Below, piece after piece: positions 8,987 through 18,175 of a DNA stretch of 64,000 nt. Source of the stretch: Planctomycetota bacterium (GTDB taxonomy: Bacteria; Planctomycetota; UBA8108; SXIK01); NCBI GenBank assembly GCA_965223265.1, contig OZ244999.1, positions 928,001 through 992,000 of the forward strand. Reading direction: 5' to 3'. The position numbers and the translations under genes were made by a program. The notes under the pieces were generated by a model. The model had not been told where the DNA came from. It ran no database searches and saw only the letters and a program-made list of their open reading frames with translations. The stretch's first letter is position 1, and every line of letters starts with the position of its first letter.

Positions 8987-10629
8987 TTCTTTGTCCTCTT
9001 TGCTTGTCTCCCCGTTTGAGGGCCGTGTGCACGGTAGGCCGCGCCCGGTTCTCCGGGGTCAACGGCGGCTTCTAGCGCGCCTCTCTCATCCCAGCCGATG
9101 GCATAGACGCGACCGACAATACCAAACGACTTTTCATGATGATGCACTTTCCAGCCTCGCCGCCGCAGTGCCGCCACGACTCGCAGCGGAAAACGAGACT
9201 CGAGGAGTATCTCGTCGCTTCCGTATCCATCGAAGCGCGGCTGCACAACGGCTTCGGAGACGCTCATGCCAAAGTCGCGGACGTTGAGAATCGTCTGCAC
9301 CAGCGCCGCGGTGATCCTCGCCGCGCCGGGTGAGCCGAGGATCAGAAACGGACATCCATCGCGTCGTACAAGTGTCTGCGCGATTGCAGTCGATCGAGCT
9401 TTTCCGGGGGCGATCGAGTTGCTGCGTCCAGGTCGCGGATCAAACGCGCTCATGCAATTGTTGAACATGAACCCGCAGCCAGGGGTGAAGACACCCGAGC
9501 CGTATCCGAGCGAGTGGGAAAACGAAATCGCGTTGTCATCAGCATCGACGATCGTCAGCTGAGTCGTGTTCTTGGAGTCGGCGCCAGCCTCTGGTGGTTG
9601 GCCGCTTTGAAGACGCTGCAGGTACTCAGAACTCAGAAGAGTCGCGGCGTCCGCCGGCGTGAACCTCGGGTCACCGTGATGCGCCAGTCGATCGAACCAA
9701 ACTTTGCGCAGAGCCATCGAGACGTTTTCGATGTACTCGACGCTGTTATGGCCGAGACGGACAAGATCTTCGCCTTCGAGCAGCTTGAGAGCTTGCAATA
9801 GCGCGACACCACCGCCGGGGAGCGGCGTCGTCAAGATTTCGAGGCCGCGATAACATCCTGCGAGTGGCGCCTGGCTGTCGACGCGATACGACGCCAGGTC
9901 TTCCGCTGTGATCAGCGCGTCGTGTCGTTGCCAGTCGGCTGCGATTTCGTCAGCGATCTCGCCGCAATAGAAGCTCCTCGCGCCGCTTCGAGCGAGGCGG
10001 CGGTAGGTGGTCGCAAGGAGCGGTTGCTTGAACACTTCGCCGGCACTGTACGGCTCGCCGTCCGGGCGCAGTGACGCCTCTCGGCCGGCCGCCGTGAGTT
10101 CGAGTCGCCCACGAGTCGAGACACGCCCAAAAAGCCCGGGTCGAATCCAAAACTCTGCCAGCTGTGGGGTGACGACAAAGCCTTCCTCGGCATAATCAGC
10201 AGCATCGATCAGTAGGTCTTCCCATCGCAGCTTCCCGTAGCGCTCGTGAATTGCCGCGATCGTTGCCAGCATTCCTGGCACCGTGATCGACTTGTAGCCA
10301 ACGTCGTTCACCTTGCCACGCAGTACGTAGCCGAAGCCATCAGGCGCGGCCGACTCAAAAAACGACTGCCACTGATCTGCGCTGGCGCGACTGCCCGCGC
10401 GACCGTGACCATCGATGGACACGACTTCGCGACCGCGATCCCATGCAACCGTGGCACATGCGAAACCGCCGAGTCCACACCGATGCGGGTCCGCGACTCC
10501 TTGGACGAGGCTCGCTACGACCAGGGCGTCGGCGGCGTTTCCACCGCGGGCTAATGTTTCGCGGCCAGCAAATGCTGCTTCGCACTGCGGTGCGACCACC
10601 AGGCCGGCTCTCGAGTTGTGGCGTGACAT
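8983..10629 (-). CDS. ggt: Gamma-glutamyltransferase family protein
   Basis: GGNAADA, GLGG, VPG, NTTQ nucleophile Thr, LGSPGAARI, PRF; 4-nt overlap with the downstream flavoprotein gene. Confidence 0.9.
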   Translation of the reverse strand: MSRHNSRAGLVVAPQCEAAFAGRETLARGGNAADALVVASLVQGVADPHRCGLGGFACATVAWDRGREVVSIDGHGRAGSRASADQWQSFFESAAPDGFGYVLRGKVNDVGYKSITVPGMLATIAAIHERYGKLRWEDLLIDAADYAEEGFVVTPQLAEFWIRPGLFGRVSTRGRLELTAAGREASLRPDGEPYSAGEVFKQPLLATTYRRLARSGARSFYCGEIADEIAADWQRHDALITAEDLASYRVDSQAPLAGCYRGLEILTTPLPGGGVALLQALKLLEGEDLVRLGHNSVEYIENVSMALRKVWFDRLAHHGDPRFTPADAATLLSSEYLQRLQSGQPPEAGADSKNTTQLTIVDADDNAISFSHSLGYGSGVFTPGCGFMFNNCMSAFDPRPGRSNSIAPGKARSTAIAQTLVRRDGCPFLILGSPGAARITAALVQTILNVRDFGMSVSEAVVQPRFDGYGSDEILLESRFPLRVVAALRRRGWKVHHHEKSFGIVGRVYAIGWDERGALEAAVDPGEPGAAYRAHGPQTGRQAKRTKN

Positions 10630-10784
10630 GAAATGATTCTACCCCGATCTTCTCGACGGCTTCTACGACCACGTGGCGATTGCCTTTCGCACAGCGCGAG
10701 ATGATCCTTTTGCTCGATTTTCGTTACGCAGAAGCAAGAACATTTTTTCGATGTGCACCTACGGGGTTTTCTTGCTGCGGTGTC

Positions 10785-10812
10785 TTGACCCGAAGCGTCT
10801 TCCGCTTATAAT
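10785..10812 (+). promoter_or_regulatory. Sigma70-type promoter
   Basis: TTGACC-16 nt-TATAAT, near consensus, in an intergenic region. Confidence 0.7.
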
Positions 10813-10816
10813 CCGG

Positions 10817-11101
10817 CGCAGTCTCTCGAATAGCTGTGACGACGTTGGGGAGCCGAATCAATTGGCCCTGCTTGGATCTTCCGCTCGAGCGGATGCTAAG
10901 CGGGCGCTGAGACAAATCCGCGCCGAAGCAACCTACAGTGGCGGGACCGCCGAGGCGGCAGGGGATTTCGCGCCAGCGCACACGGTGCACGTCGGCCAAA
11001 GGATAGGGAAGAATCGCGGTCATGAAGGTGGGGGAGGTGCGCTCTGGTGGTTCGCACCTTTCCTGCCCATATGACTTTCCTCGACCATCAGTCGGACTGC
11101 G
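10817..11101 (+). ncRNA. Candidate structured ncRNA / long leader (~285 nt), family unknown
   Basis: Starts at the predicted TSS. Terminal stems CGCAGTCT/GGACTGCG and GTTGGGGAG/TTCCTCGAC enclose three stem-loops; G-U pairs favour the + strand. Confidence 0.5.
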
Positions 11102-11414
11102 AGTCGCAGGTCGTGCGTTTCTTTTCGTCTGCGTCCCGGTTGCTTCATCTTCGCCGGGCAGATACGATCTGGCGTCTGCGACGACGAGCGAGTTCGGCGC
11201 AAGACCGTAACCGCCTGTCTGAACCCTTCGCAGCGCCTCTCTGTTACGAGCTGCCCTGCACTCCGGCCGGTCTTTGTCCGGAGGAAGTCTCTTTCGGGCT
11301 GGTAGCCACGCCGGGTCTCGTCGCCGCTTGCAGCGCCGAGCCGTCGACGCGGCGATCGGCGACAATTCGTTCAGAGGGAGTCCCTTTCTACAAGGCGGGT
11401 GAGCGCGACTCGAC

Positions 11415-12110
11415 ATGGATCAGGTTCTACACTGGCTTGGCCGGTACCAGTACTTAGCCATGTTCGGGATCCTCGTTCTCTGCGGGCTCGGGCTACCCGT
11501 GCCCGAGGAAGTCACACTCATCGGCAGCGGCTTCGTCGTTCAGTGGCACAGCGATCCAGACCACGTTTGGGCGAGCTACATGCTGGCGACGCTCGCCTGC
11601 ACCGTCGGGATTCTGGTTGGCGACTCGATCATCTTTTTCATCGGACGCCGCTACGGACGTCAGTTCTTTGGCAACCGCATCGTTCGGTGGATGCTTCCTC
11701 GTCGCCGGCAAGCGCGAGTGCGCCGCGAGTTTTCGCGCCACGGGAAGAAAACAGTGTTTTTCGCTCGATTCGTCGCCGGCATCCGCATCGGAGTCTACGC
11801 GTATGCTGGACAGCACGGGATGCGCTGGCCGCAGTTTCTCTTCCTCGACTTCCTCGGGTGTTTGGTCAGCGTGCCAACCTCCATTTGGATCGGGAAGTTC
11901 GTTGCAGGCAAGGTTGCGGATCCAGCTGAAGCGCAAGAGTACGCCCAGAAGATCCTCCGCGAAGGCCACGCTTGGCTTTACTGGGCGCTTGGCCTGATGG
12001 CCCTCTTCGTCCTCTTTCACGTGCTCTGGGGGCGCTGGCGTGACCGTCGCAGCGACGAGAGGGAAGGCAGCCAGCGCGACGCTCAGGCGGCGTCAAAGCG
12101 CGCTACATAG
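11415..12110 (+). CDS. DedA family membrane protein
   Basis: GLPVPEE..LI.SG, GD...FFIGR.YG, FFARFVAGIR motifs. Confidence 0.92.
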   Translation: MDQVLHWLGRYQYLAMFGILVLCGLGLPVPEEVTLIGSGFVVQWHSDPDHVWASYMLATLACTVGILVGDSIIFFIGRRYGRQFFGNRIVRWMLPRRRQARVRREFSRHGKKTVFFARFVAGIRIGVYAYAGQHGMRWPQFLFLDFLGCLVSVPTSIWIGKFVAGKVADPAEAQEYAQKILREGHAWLYWALGLMALFVLFHVLWGRWRDRRSDEREGSQRDAQAASKRAT

Positions 12111-12117
12111 AGGCGTT

Positions 12118-13419
12118 TCACGCCTCCGCATTCGAGTAGGCACGATCAAGCAGTTCGACGGGGTGGAGCACCTCGATCTCTTTCGTGGCGAGTGCCGCTC
12201 GGATCTGTAGAGCACACCCGGGGTTGCCGGTGACGACGACGTCTGGGTTCGACTCCCGGATCGCCGCTGCTTTTTCGGCTGCCAGTGAGGCGCCAATTTC
12301 GGGATGGAGAAGGTTGTAGACGCCGCCACTCCCACAGCATCTTTCGCTATCTCGCAGAGGCACGATTCTCAAATCCGGAATCGACTGGAGAAGTCCTTCG
12401 ACGACGTCGGCGCCGACGCGCTGCGCGTGAAGCAGATGACATGGTTGATCATACGCAACACGCAGTTGCAGACTGGCTCGAGGGGGAACGATGCCGACTT
12501 CGTCAAGAAACTCGCAAACGTCTCTCACGGGCGCGCTCAGTCCTGTCGCTTCCACTTTGTCGTCAGGTGGTTCTTTGAGCGACGCTCCGCATCCCGCGGC
12601 ATTGACCACTATGACGTCCACTCCCGCGTCTTTGAACGCGCGCGTATTGTGAGCGAATAGCTCGCCCGTCTCCTCGACCAGGCCGCTGTGGCGGTGAAGC
12701 GCGCCACAACACGTCTGTGCGTCGGGAACGATAACGTGGCAGCCGTTTTCCTGCAGCACGCGGATGGTTGCCTGGTGGACGTGGGCAAACCATTCGGACG
12801 TGATGCAACCAAGAAACAACCCGACACGCATTCGGGGTTTGCCTCGGGCAGGGTACCCATCCGCGCGAGTGCGAGTCGTCTCGACGCGACGGGCTGAGGG
12901 AGAAGCGATCGGTGGTTGCAGGCGCAGCAGGTAATCGAGCTTGGGACTACGAAGAAGTCGGCGATTGAGAAACGCAACAAGGCGATCGATTCCGAGCACT
13001 TGCTGAAGGTAGACCAAATGAGTCGCCCAGCGGACGCGTCCGCGATATGGCAAAAGGCGACGAAGAAGCATACGCCCTAGCCGAGCCTTGATCGACGTGT
13101 TCGGTGACTTGATTTGCGCGGCGCCGCGAAAAGACTCCATCATCTCCGCCATATTGATACCGGATGGACACGCCGTTTCGCACGCGCGGCAAACGATACA
13201 CTCATCGAGGTGGCGTTTGGCGTCCTGCGTCATGGGGAAGCGTCCCTCGGCATGGTGGCGCATGAGGTAGATCCGACCGCGCGGTGAGTCCGATTCACGG
13301 CGAGACCGCGTGTAGGTTGGGCACTCGGGTATGCAGAGTCCGCAGTGAACACAATCGAGAGTACGCGTGTATTCGCCCAGGACCTCTCTGAACCTGGTCT
13401 CTTCGGTGTCTGGAATCAT
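12118..13419 (-). CDS. glcF: Glycolate oxidase Fe-S subunit
   Basis: CVHCGLCIPECPT, CIVCRACETACPSG, two CCG domains; start moved to ATG 13419. Confidence 0.88.
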   Translation of the reverse strand: MIPDTEETRFREVLGEYTRTLDCVHCGLCIPECPTYTRSRRESDSPRGRIYLMRHHAEGRFPMTQDAKRHLDECIVCRACETACPSGINMAEMMESFRGAAQIKSPNTSIKARLGRMLLRRLLPYRGRVRWATHLVYLQQVLGIDRLVAFLNRRLLRSPKLDYLLRLQPPIASPSARRVETTRTRADGYPARGKPRMRVGLFLGCITSEWFAHVHQATIRVLQENGCHVIVPDAQTCCGALHRHSGLVEETGELFAHNTRAFKDAGVDVIVVNAAGCGASLKEPPDDKVEATGLSAPVRDVCEFLDEVGIVPPRASLQLRVAYDQPCHLLHAQRVGADVVEGLLQSIPDLRIVPLRDSERCCGSGGVYNLLHPEIGASLAAEKAAAIRESNPDVVVTGNPGCALQIRAALATKEIEVLHPVELLDRAYSNAEA

Positions 13420-13423
13420 GGCA

Positions 13424-14878
13424 TCACTGGTCAGGAGGTTGCATCTCTGTCGCGCTGGGATCGGAGCTGGGAGCGTTGTCGAGCTGATCACCAAGAAGCC
13501 TCTGCGACGCCAGAACTCCGGCCGGATCGAAGACTCTTCGCACTCGCGCAGCAAGACCTGCGCTCGGGTCTGAGCCAAAATTATAGAACGGGTGATTCGC
13601 TCGCTCCCCGGGTGGCAGAAAGAGCAGCTGCCCGTGAGCGTGCGTGCGCTGGAGCGTTTGGCGGATGGCGTCGAGCGACTCTGCGCTGTGATCAGGACGC
13701 ACACGCCAGCGCACGACACAGGTGCCGGCGAGCGCATCGACGAGAACTGCAAACTCGGTGCAGCAGCGCTCAAACTCCGCGGCGATCGTAGCCTCGAGGT
13801 CCGCGGCTCGTTCTGCCAGACCGCCGAGCCGCGCGACTCCGAGGTCGTCGGGCATCGACGCGTCACCTCGTTCCAACGGTTCTTCGAACGCGACGAGAGT
13901 GTCGAGGATCGCTTCGTGTTTTTCCGTTTCGATGTCGAGGCGCGCCGGCGCATCGCGCTCCTCGAGCAGGCGACCGACTTCGTGCTCTTGCCACCTGACG
14001 ACGGTTTCGTTGCCTTCGAACGCCCACACGACAACGTATCCACTGACATCCGACGAGGGCAGGTAGTCTCTCACGACTGCTGCGGCGGTGTCATTCAGCA
14101 GCGTCAATAATAAGGGCTCCACACGTAAACCTCGGACCGCGCGACAGAAACTCCACGCTTCTCGTCGGTGCGCGAAGGTCGCCGCGTTGAAGCTACGTCT
14201 CGGTGGCAGCTGTCGCAATTTGAAGTTCAGACTGAGGAAAACGCCGGCCGTCCCCAGCGCGCCGATCATGAACTTACCAACGTCGTATCCAGCCACATTT
14301 TTGACAACCATACCGCCGCTGCGAAACGTTTGCGGCGGGTGGGTGGCGCGGATCCCTTGGGCTCCGATGAGGTAGTTGCGAAGTGTTCCGTGGCGCGTTC
14401 GGCGCGGTCCGCAGCGGGTCGACGCGACCCACCCGCCCACGGTGCCGCCAGCGCTTCGAGCGAAGTCGACAGGGATTTCTTGCCCGTTTTCGGCGAGCTG
14501 TTTCTGCAGCTCGACCAAGGGGGTGCCGGCGCGGACGCTGACGGTGAAGTCGTCTGGCTGGTACTGAAGAATGCCGTGAAGATTGCGCAGGGACAAGACG
14601 TAGAGCGGGGAGCCCTGCGGAGGGACCCCAAGGTACGCGTGGCAGCCATGTCCGGAGGGCACGACGAGCGCCCGCTTCTGTATCGCTCGCTCCATGATCT
14701 CTCCGACTTCGCTCTCCGTCTCCGGTGCAAAGTACTCGAGATCCGTACCGTAAGAGAGTTGCTCGAGAACCGACGGCGCGGCGTCTCGGGAATGTGAGCT
14801 CTGTGGCTCACCTGCCGTTTCGCCCTCTAGGTTCGAACCGTCTGGTAGCGTCGAGGCGTTAGGGTCGTTTTGCGTCAC
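13424..14878 (-). CDS. glcE: Glycolate oxidase FAD-binding subunit
   Basis: PDDFTVSVRAGTPL, GGMVVKNVAGYD, FDPAGVL; lies between glcD and glcF. Confidence 0.85.
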   Translation of the reverse strand: MTQNDPNASTLPDGSNLEGETAGEPQSSHSRDAAPSVLEQLSYGTDLEYFAPETESEVGEIMERAIQKRALVVPSGHGCHAYLGVPPQGSPLYVLSLRNLHGILQYQPDDFTVSVRAGTPLVELQKQLAENGQEIPVDFARSAGGTVGGWVASTRCGPRRTRHGTLRNYLIGAQGIRATHPPQTFRSGGMVVKNVAGYDVGKFMIGALGTAGVFLSLNFKLRQLPPRRSFNAATFAHRREAWSFCRAVRGLRVEPLLLTLLNDTAAAVVRDYLPSSDVSGYVVVWAFEGNETVVRWQEHEVGRLLEERDAPARLDIETEKHEAILDTLVAFEEPLERGDASMPDDLGVARLGGLAERAADLEATIAAEFERCCTEFAVLVDALAGTCVVRWRVRPDHSAESLDAIRQTLQRTHAHGQLLFLPPGERANHPFYNFGSDPSAGLAARVRRVFDPAGVLASQRLLGDQLDNAPSSDPSATEMQPPDQ

Positions 14879-14920
14879 GTTGTCTTCGATGTTCTTCGAG
14901 CGTTTCGCGTCCTGCCGAAG

Positions 14921-16381
14921 TTAGAGAGGCAGTTCCTGGCGTCTTCTGCCCGCCTCGACGCAGGAGCGCGCGTCCGGAAACAGCTTCCCCGGATTCGATA
15001 GTTGGGTTGAGTCGACGGCGGCTCTTAACTCTTTTTGAAGCTCTAGATCGGCTGCAGAAAACAGTAGCGGCATGAACTCCATCTTCTCCACCCCAATGCC
15101 ATGTTCTCCGGATATGCTCCCACCTTCGCGGACGCACGCGGCGAGAATCTCCTTCCCAGCCTCGAGAACGCGTTGACTCTCGTCCGGGTCGCGTCCGTCG
15201 TACGAAATGTTTGGGTGGAGATTGCCATCTCCGGCGTGGAAGACATTGGAGAGTGTGATGCGATACTTCTCTGCGATGGCGTAAAACTCGCCGAGAACCT
15301 TCTCTAGCTTTGTACGCGGCACCACACCATCAAGTACATAGAGATCCGTGTTGATTCTTCCGAGTGCCCCGAATGCACCCTTGCGACCTTTCCACAGGCG
15401 GAGCCGGTCTGCGGCGTCCACTGCGACGCGGAATTCAACTGCGTCGTTTTGCGTGGCGATGCGACGAATCTCCGCTTCTTGTTCGTCGAGCCCAGCCTCC
15501 AGGCCGTCGATCTCGATCAACAGCACTGCGGCAGCGTTTTGAGGGTAGCCAGCCGCGTAGACCGATGCCTCGACAGCTTGAATGGTGAGGCGGTCGAGTA
15601 TCTCAAGTGCCGCCGGCACAATCCCGGATCGTGTGATGTCCGTGACCGTGCGGCAGGCATGGCTCATGTCGTCGAAAATCGCTAGAAACGTTCGCACTCC
15701 CTGCGCAGTCGGTAAAACCTTGACTGTGACCCGGGTGACGACCCCGAATGTGCCCTCGGTGCCGACAAAGAGTCCGACGAGATCATAGCTATCGGGCCGG
15801 ACGCTGGTCGGGCCACCGAGCTGCACCACTTCACCGTCTGGAAGTACGACCTCGAGGCCAAGAATGTGATCCGTAGTCATTCCGTACTTCAGGCAGTGGG
15901 GACCGCCGGCGTTTTCGGCGACGTTGCCGCCAATCGTGCAGGCTTTCTGGCTCGACGGATCCGGCGCGTAGTGATACCCGCGAGCCGTAACCGCCTCGGT
16001 GATTTGAAGGTTGATGACACCGGGCTCCACTACCGCGTAGCCGTTTTCCGTGTCGACTTCGAGGATGCGGCGCATGCGGTTTAGGTCGATCACGATTCCG
16101 CCATCGACCGGCGTTGCGCCGCCGCTCAGACCGGTACCCGCGCCGCGGGGGACGAACGGAACGCCGTGGCGATGGCACCAGCGCACGGTCTCGATCACCT
16201 CGCCGCGGTCTTCACAGAGGACCACCACGACCGGCAGCTGCTTGTGGAGCGGAAATCCGTCGCATTCGTAGACTCGCAATTCTGTGACATCGGAGACCAC
16301 GCGCTCTGGCGGAACGAAGGCTAGCAATTCATCGAAGGGCGTCGGAAGTTGCGGGGTTCGTCGGCGTTTGAAGAGTGCCAT
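14921..16381 (-). CDS. glcD: Glycolate oxidase subunit (FAD-linked oxidase)
   Basis: PRGAGTGLSGG, APDPSSQ, ENAGGPHCLKYG, HAGDGNLHP, GEHGIG; start at ATG 16381. Confidence 0.9.
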   Translation of the reverse strand: MALFKRRRTPQLPTPFDELLAFVPPERVVSDVTELRVYECDGFPLHKQLPVVVVLCEDRGEVIETVRWCHRHGVPFVPRGAGTGLSGGATPVDGGIVIDLNRMRRILEVDTENGYAVVEPGVINLQITEAVTARGYHYAPDPSSQKACTIGGNVAENAGGPHCLKYGMTTDHILGLEVVLPDGEVVQLGGPTSVRPDSYDLVGLFVGTEGTFGVVTRVTVKVLPTAQGVRTFLAIFDDMSHACRTVTDITRSGIVPAALEILDRLTIQAVEASVYAAGYPQNAAAVLLIEIDGLEAGLDEQEAEIRRIATQNDAVEFRVAVDAADRLRLWKGRKGAFGALGRINTDLYVLDGVVPRTKLEKVLGEFYAIAEKYRITLSNVFHAGDGNLHPNISYDGRDPDESQRVLEAGKEILAACVREGGSISGEHGIGVEKMEFMPLLFSAADLELQKELRAAVDSTQLSNPGKLFPDARSCVEAGRRRQELPL

Positions 16382-16755
16382 GGGGGTTGTTTCCGGAGGT
16401 GCGAGGCCGGGCAAGTGACCTAGCAGCCGCGGGACAGTAAGCCGTCGCGCGCAGCGCGCTCGCGGTTTTAACACATGAGTGCACCCGACGGGAGGGTTTC
16501 CGACGTCGGCACTGCAGTTAGGTAGCGTGACCTGCTGTGGGTGGTGGTGCCGGCGTCGGCTCGTCGATAGATGCGTTCTGCACAGATCGTTCGTGTGAAG
16601 TTTGGGGGAGTGTCGGGTTTCCCAACGCCGAGGCCAGGCACGTAGCGGCAGCAAGTCGCGCGGTGGCCCGCGTCACTGTCAGGGACGGTTGCGGTGGCGT
16701 CTTGCGGGTCCTCGGCACTGGAGCCCACACTCTCCGGCGAAAGGGCAGCGAGCAC

Positions 16756-16795
16756 AAAAAAAGCCGACCGGAACGCATAAAGCCTACCGGTCGGC
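16756..16795 (-). terminator. Rho-independent terminator upstream of glcD
   Basis: Minus strand GCCGACCGG-15 nt-CCGGTCGGC followed by T7. Confidence 0.7.
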
Positions 16796-17211
16796 CTCGT
16801 CAACGCGGGCGCGCAAGTTCGCTCGCGCGGCGTTCCGCCCCGAGGCGGCCTACCACGCGTCCTCACTTCAGTAGGGGATAGAGCAATTTGGTGGCCACTT
16901 CTGGAGGCGTTGTCACAAGCTGTTGTTCTTGCGTCGATTAGCTCTCTTACTACGTTTCTGCACTGTTTTTTGGCTGACCCGTAGAACGTCTTCAGACCTC
17001 GGACTGTCGGAAATTCCAACGCGCGTAGCAGGTCGGCAAGCGCTGCGTCGCCGGCCTCTGTCGTCCGCAGAGCGGACACTTCCGATCCTGTCATGGGAGG
17101 CCGTCAAGGCGCTCTGGTCGGGCCTCGTAGGGGGTCTCAAGCCTCGGGCAGGTGGATCCCAGCGACAGTCCTAAAGGATTACCGGACCTTGCTTAACGAC
17201 GTCTGGTGAAC

Positions 17212-17733
17212 TTAGATGCCGAAGATGCTCGGGCTGAAGTCCAGGTCAGCTGGCACGCCGGGGAAGTGGTCGCTTAGAAACTGCTCCTCCCGCTCGCGGG
17301 TTTGCCTCGACAGGCGTTCCTGCAGTGTTTCGCAACACGTGCAGCAGACGATCGTCGGCGGGAAGAGAATCTGGTCCGATCGGCAGGTGCCGAGCAGCGA
17401 CCAAGTCTGGGCCAGGATGCTTGGGATGCCACAAAAGTGGCAGGCGTCAGGGCCGACGTCAGGGTCGAAGTGGCCGAGCAGAAACCCCTTGATGGTGTTG
17501 ACCGAGGCCTCGGAGAAATCCTTGGCGACGCTCTCGGCGCAGGGGTGGCAAATCGCCGCCTCGAACAGGACTTCACCTGGACGCCACACCTTCTGAATCG
17601 CGTAAACGCGTTCCATCAGACTTGCCGAGCAGATGCTGCAATCGCGGAAGGGGGCCGCATTATACGCCGAGTGAAGCTCCGGGGGGATCGGTCCAAGGGG
17701 CTGTACGTCACCGAGATCGTGCTCGCAGGCCAC
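17212..17733 (-). CDS. Cys-rich hypothetical protein, putative double zinc finger
   Basis: CSIC, CHPC, CHFC and CCTCC motifs in 173 aa. Confidence 0.7.
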   Translation of the reverse strand: MACEHDLGDVQPLGPIPPELHSAYNAAPFRDCSICSASLMERVYAIQKVWRPGEVLFEAAICHPCAESVAKDFSEASVNTIKGFLLGHFDPDVGPDACHFCGIPSILAQTWSLLGTCRSDQILFPPTIVCCTCCETLQERLSRQTREREEQFLSDHFPGVPADLDFSPSIFGI

Positions 17734-18175
17734 TGCTTTGCCTCGTTTTTCTCGCTGATTTCGGCCAGAGAGGTCCCGCGTGGGGGAGCCCGCTCTCCCG
17801 CCCAGTCGTTGACGCCTTGCCGCGAAACCCTGCCGAAGATTGACTATCGTCTACGCTGCCGAGTTCGCCGGCACCCGACGGCGGAGCGCCGTAGAATCTC
17901 ACTGCGATTTGCTGCAGGATGTCGCTGACGAAACCGTCGCGGCCCCACAGGATCGCACGCAGCATAAATGCGCTACACTCACTCGCAGGCCGCTAACCCT
18001 TAACCAGAATCGTTGCCTCAAGACAACGGTATGTTACCCCGAGTTTAGCCGCTCGCCAGATTTTTCGTCGCCGTGCTTCCGGAAAAGTCGAAAGTCGTGT
18101 TCCTTCTCTCGCCCTCGACGGACGAGCGGGCTCCGGGAGCCGCTGGCTCAACCTTCTCATGGATTGATCGGTCGA

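Noticed and set aside
10846-11090. RNase P RNA (minus-strand GAGGAAAGTC), or TPP / yybP riboswitch (GGGGAG...CTGAGA)
   Set aside because: No GGGC P4 arm or ACAGAA elements for RNase P, no GAACCTGAT for TPP, and no matching P1 for yybP. G-U pairs favour the + strand.
12244-12262. GGTTCGACTCCC tRNA T-arm-like motif
   Set aside because: It lies inside glcF and has no cloverleaf.
16468-17094. 208-aa minus-strand ORF upstream of glcD
   Set aside because: It runs through a clear terminator, has atypical composition and shows no motif.
16790-17120. glmS ribozyme (minus-strand AGCGCC...GTTGACGAGG)
   Set aside because: The downstream AUCGA...CGGCGG core is absent and there is no glmS gene.
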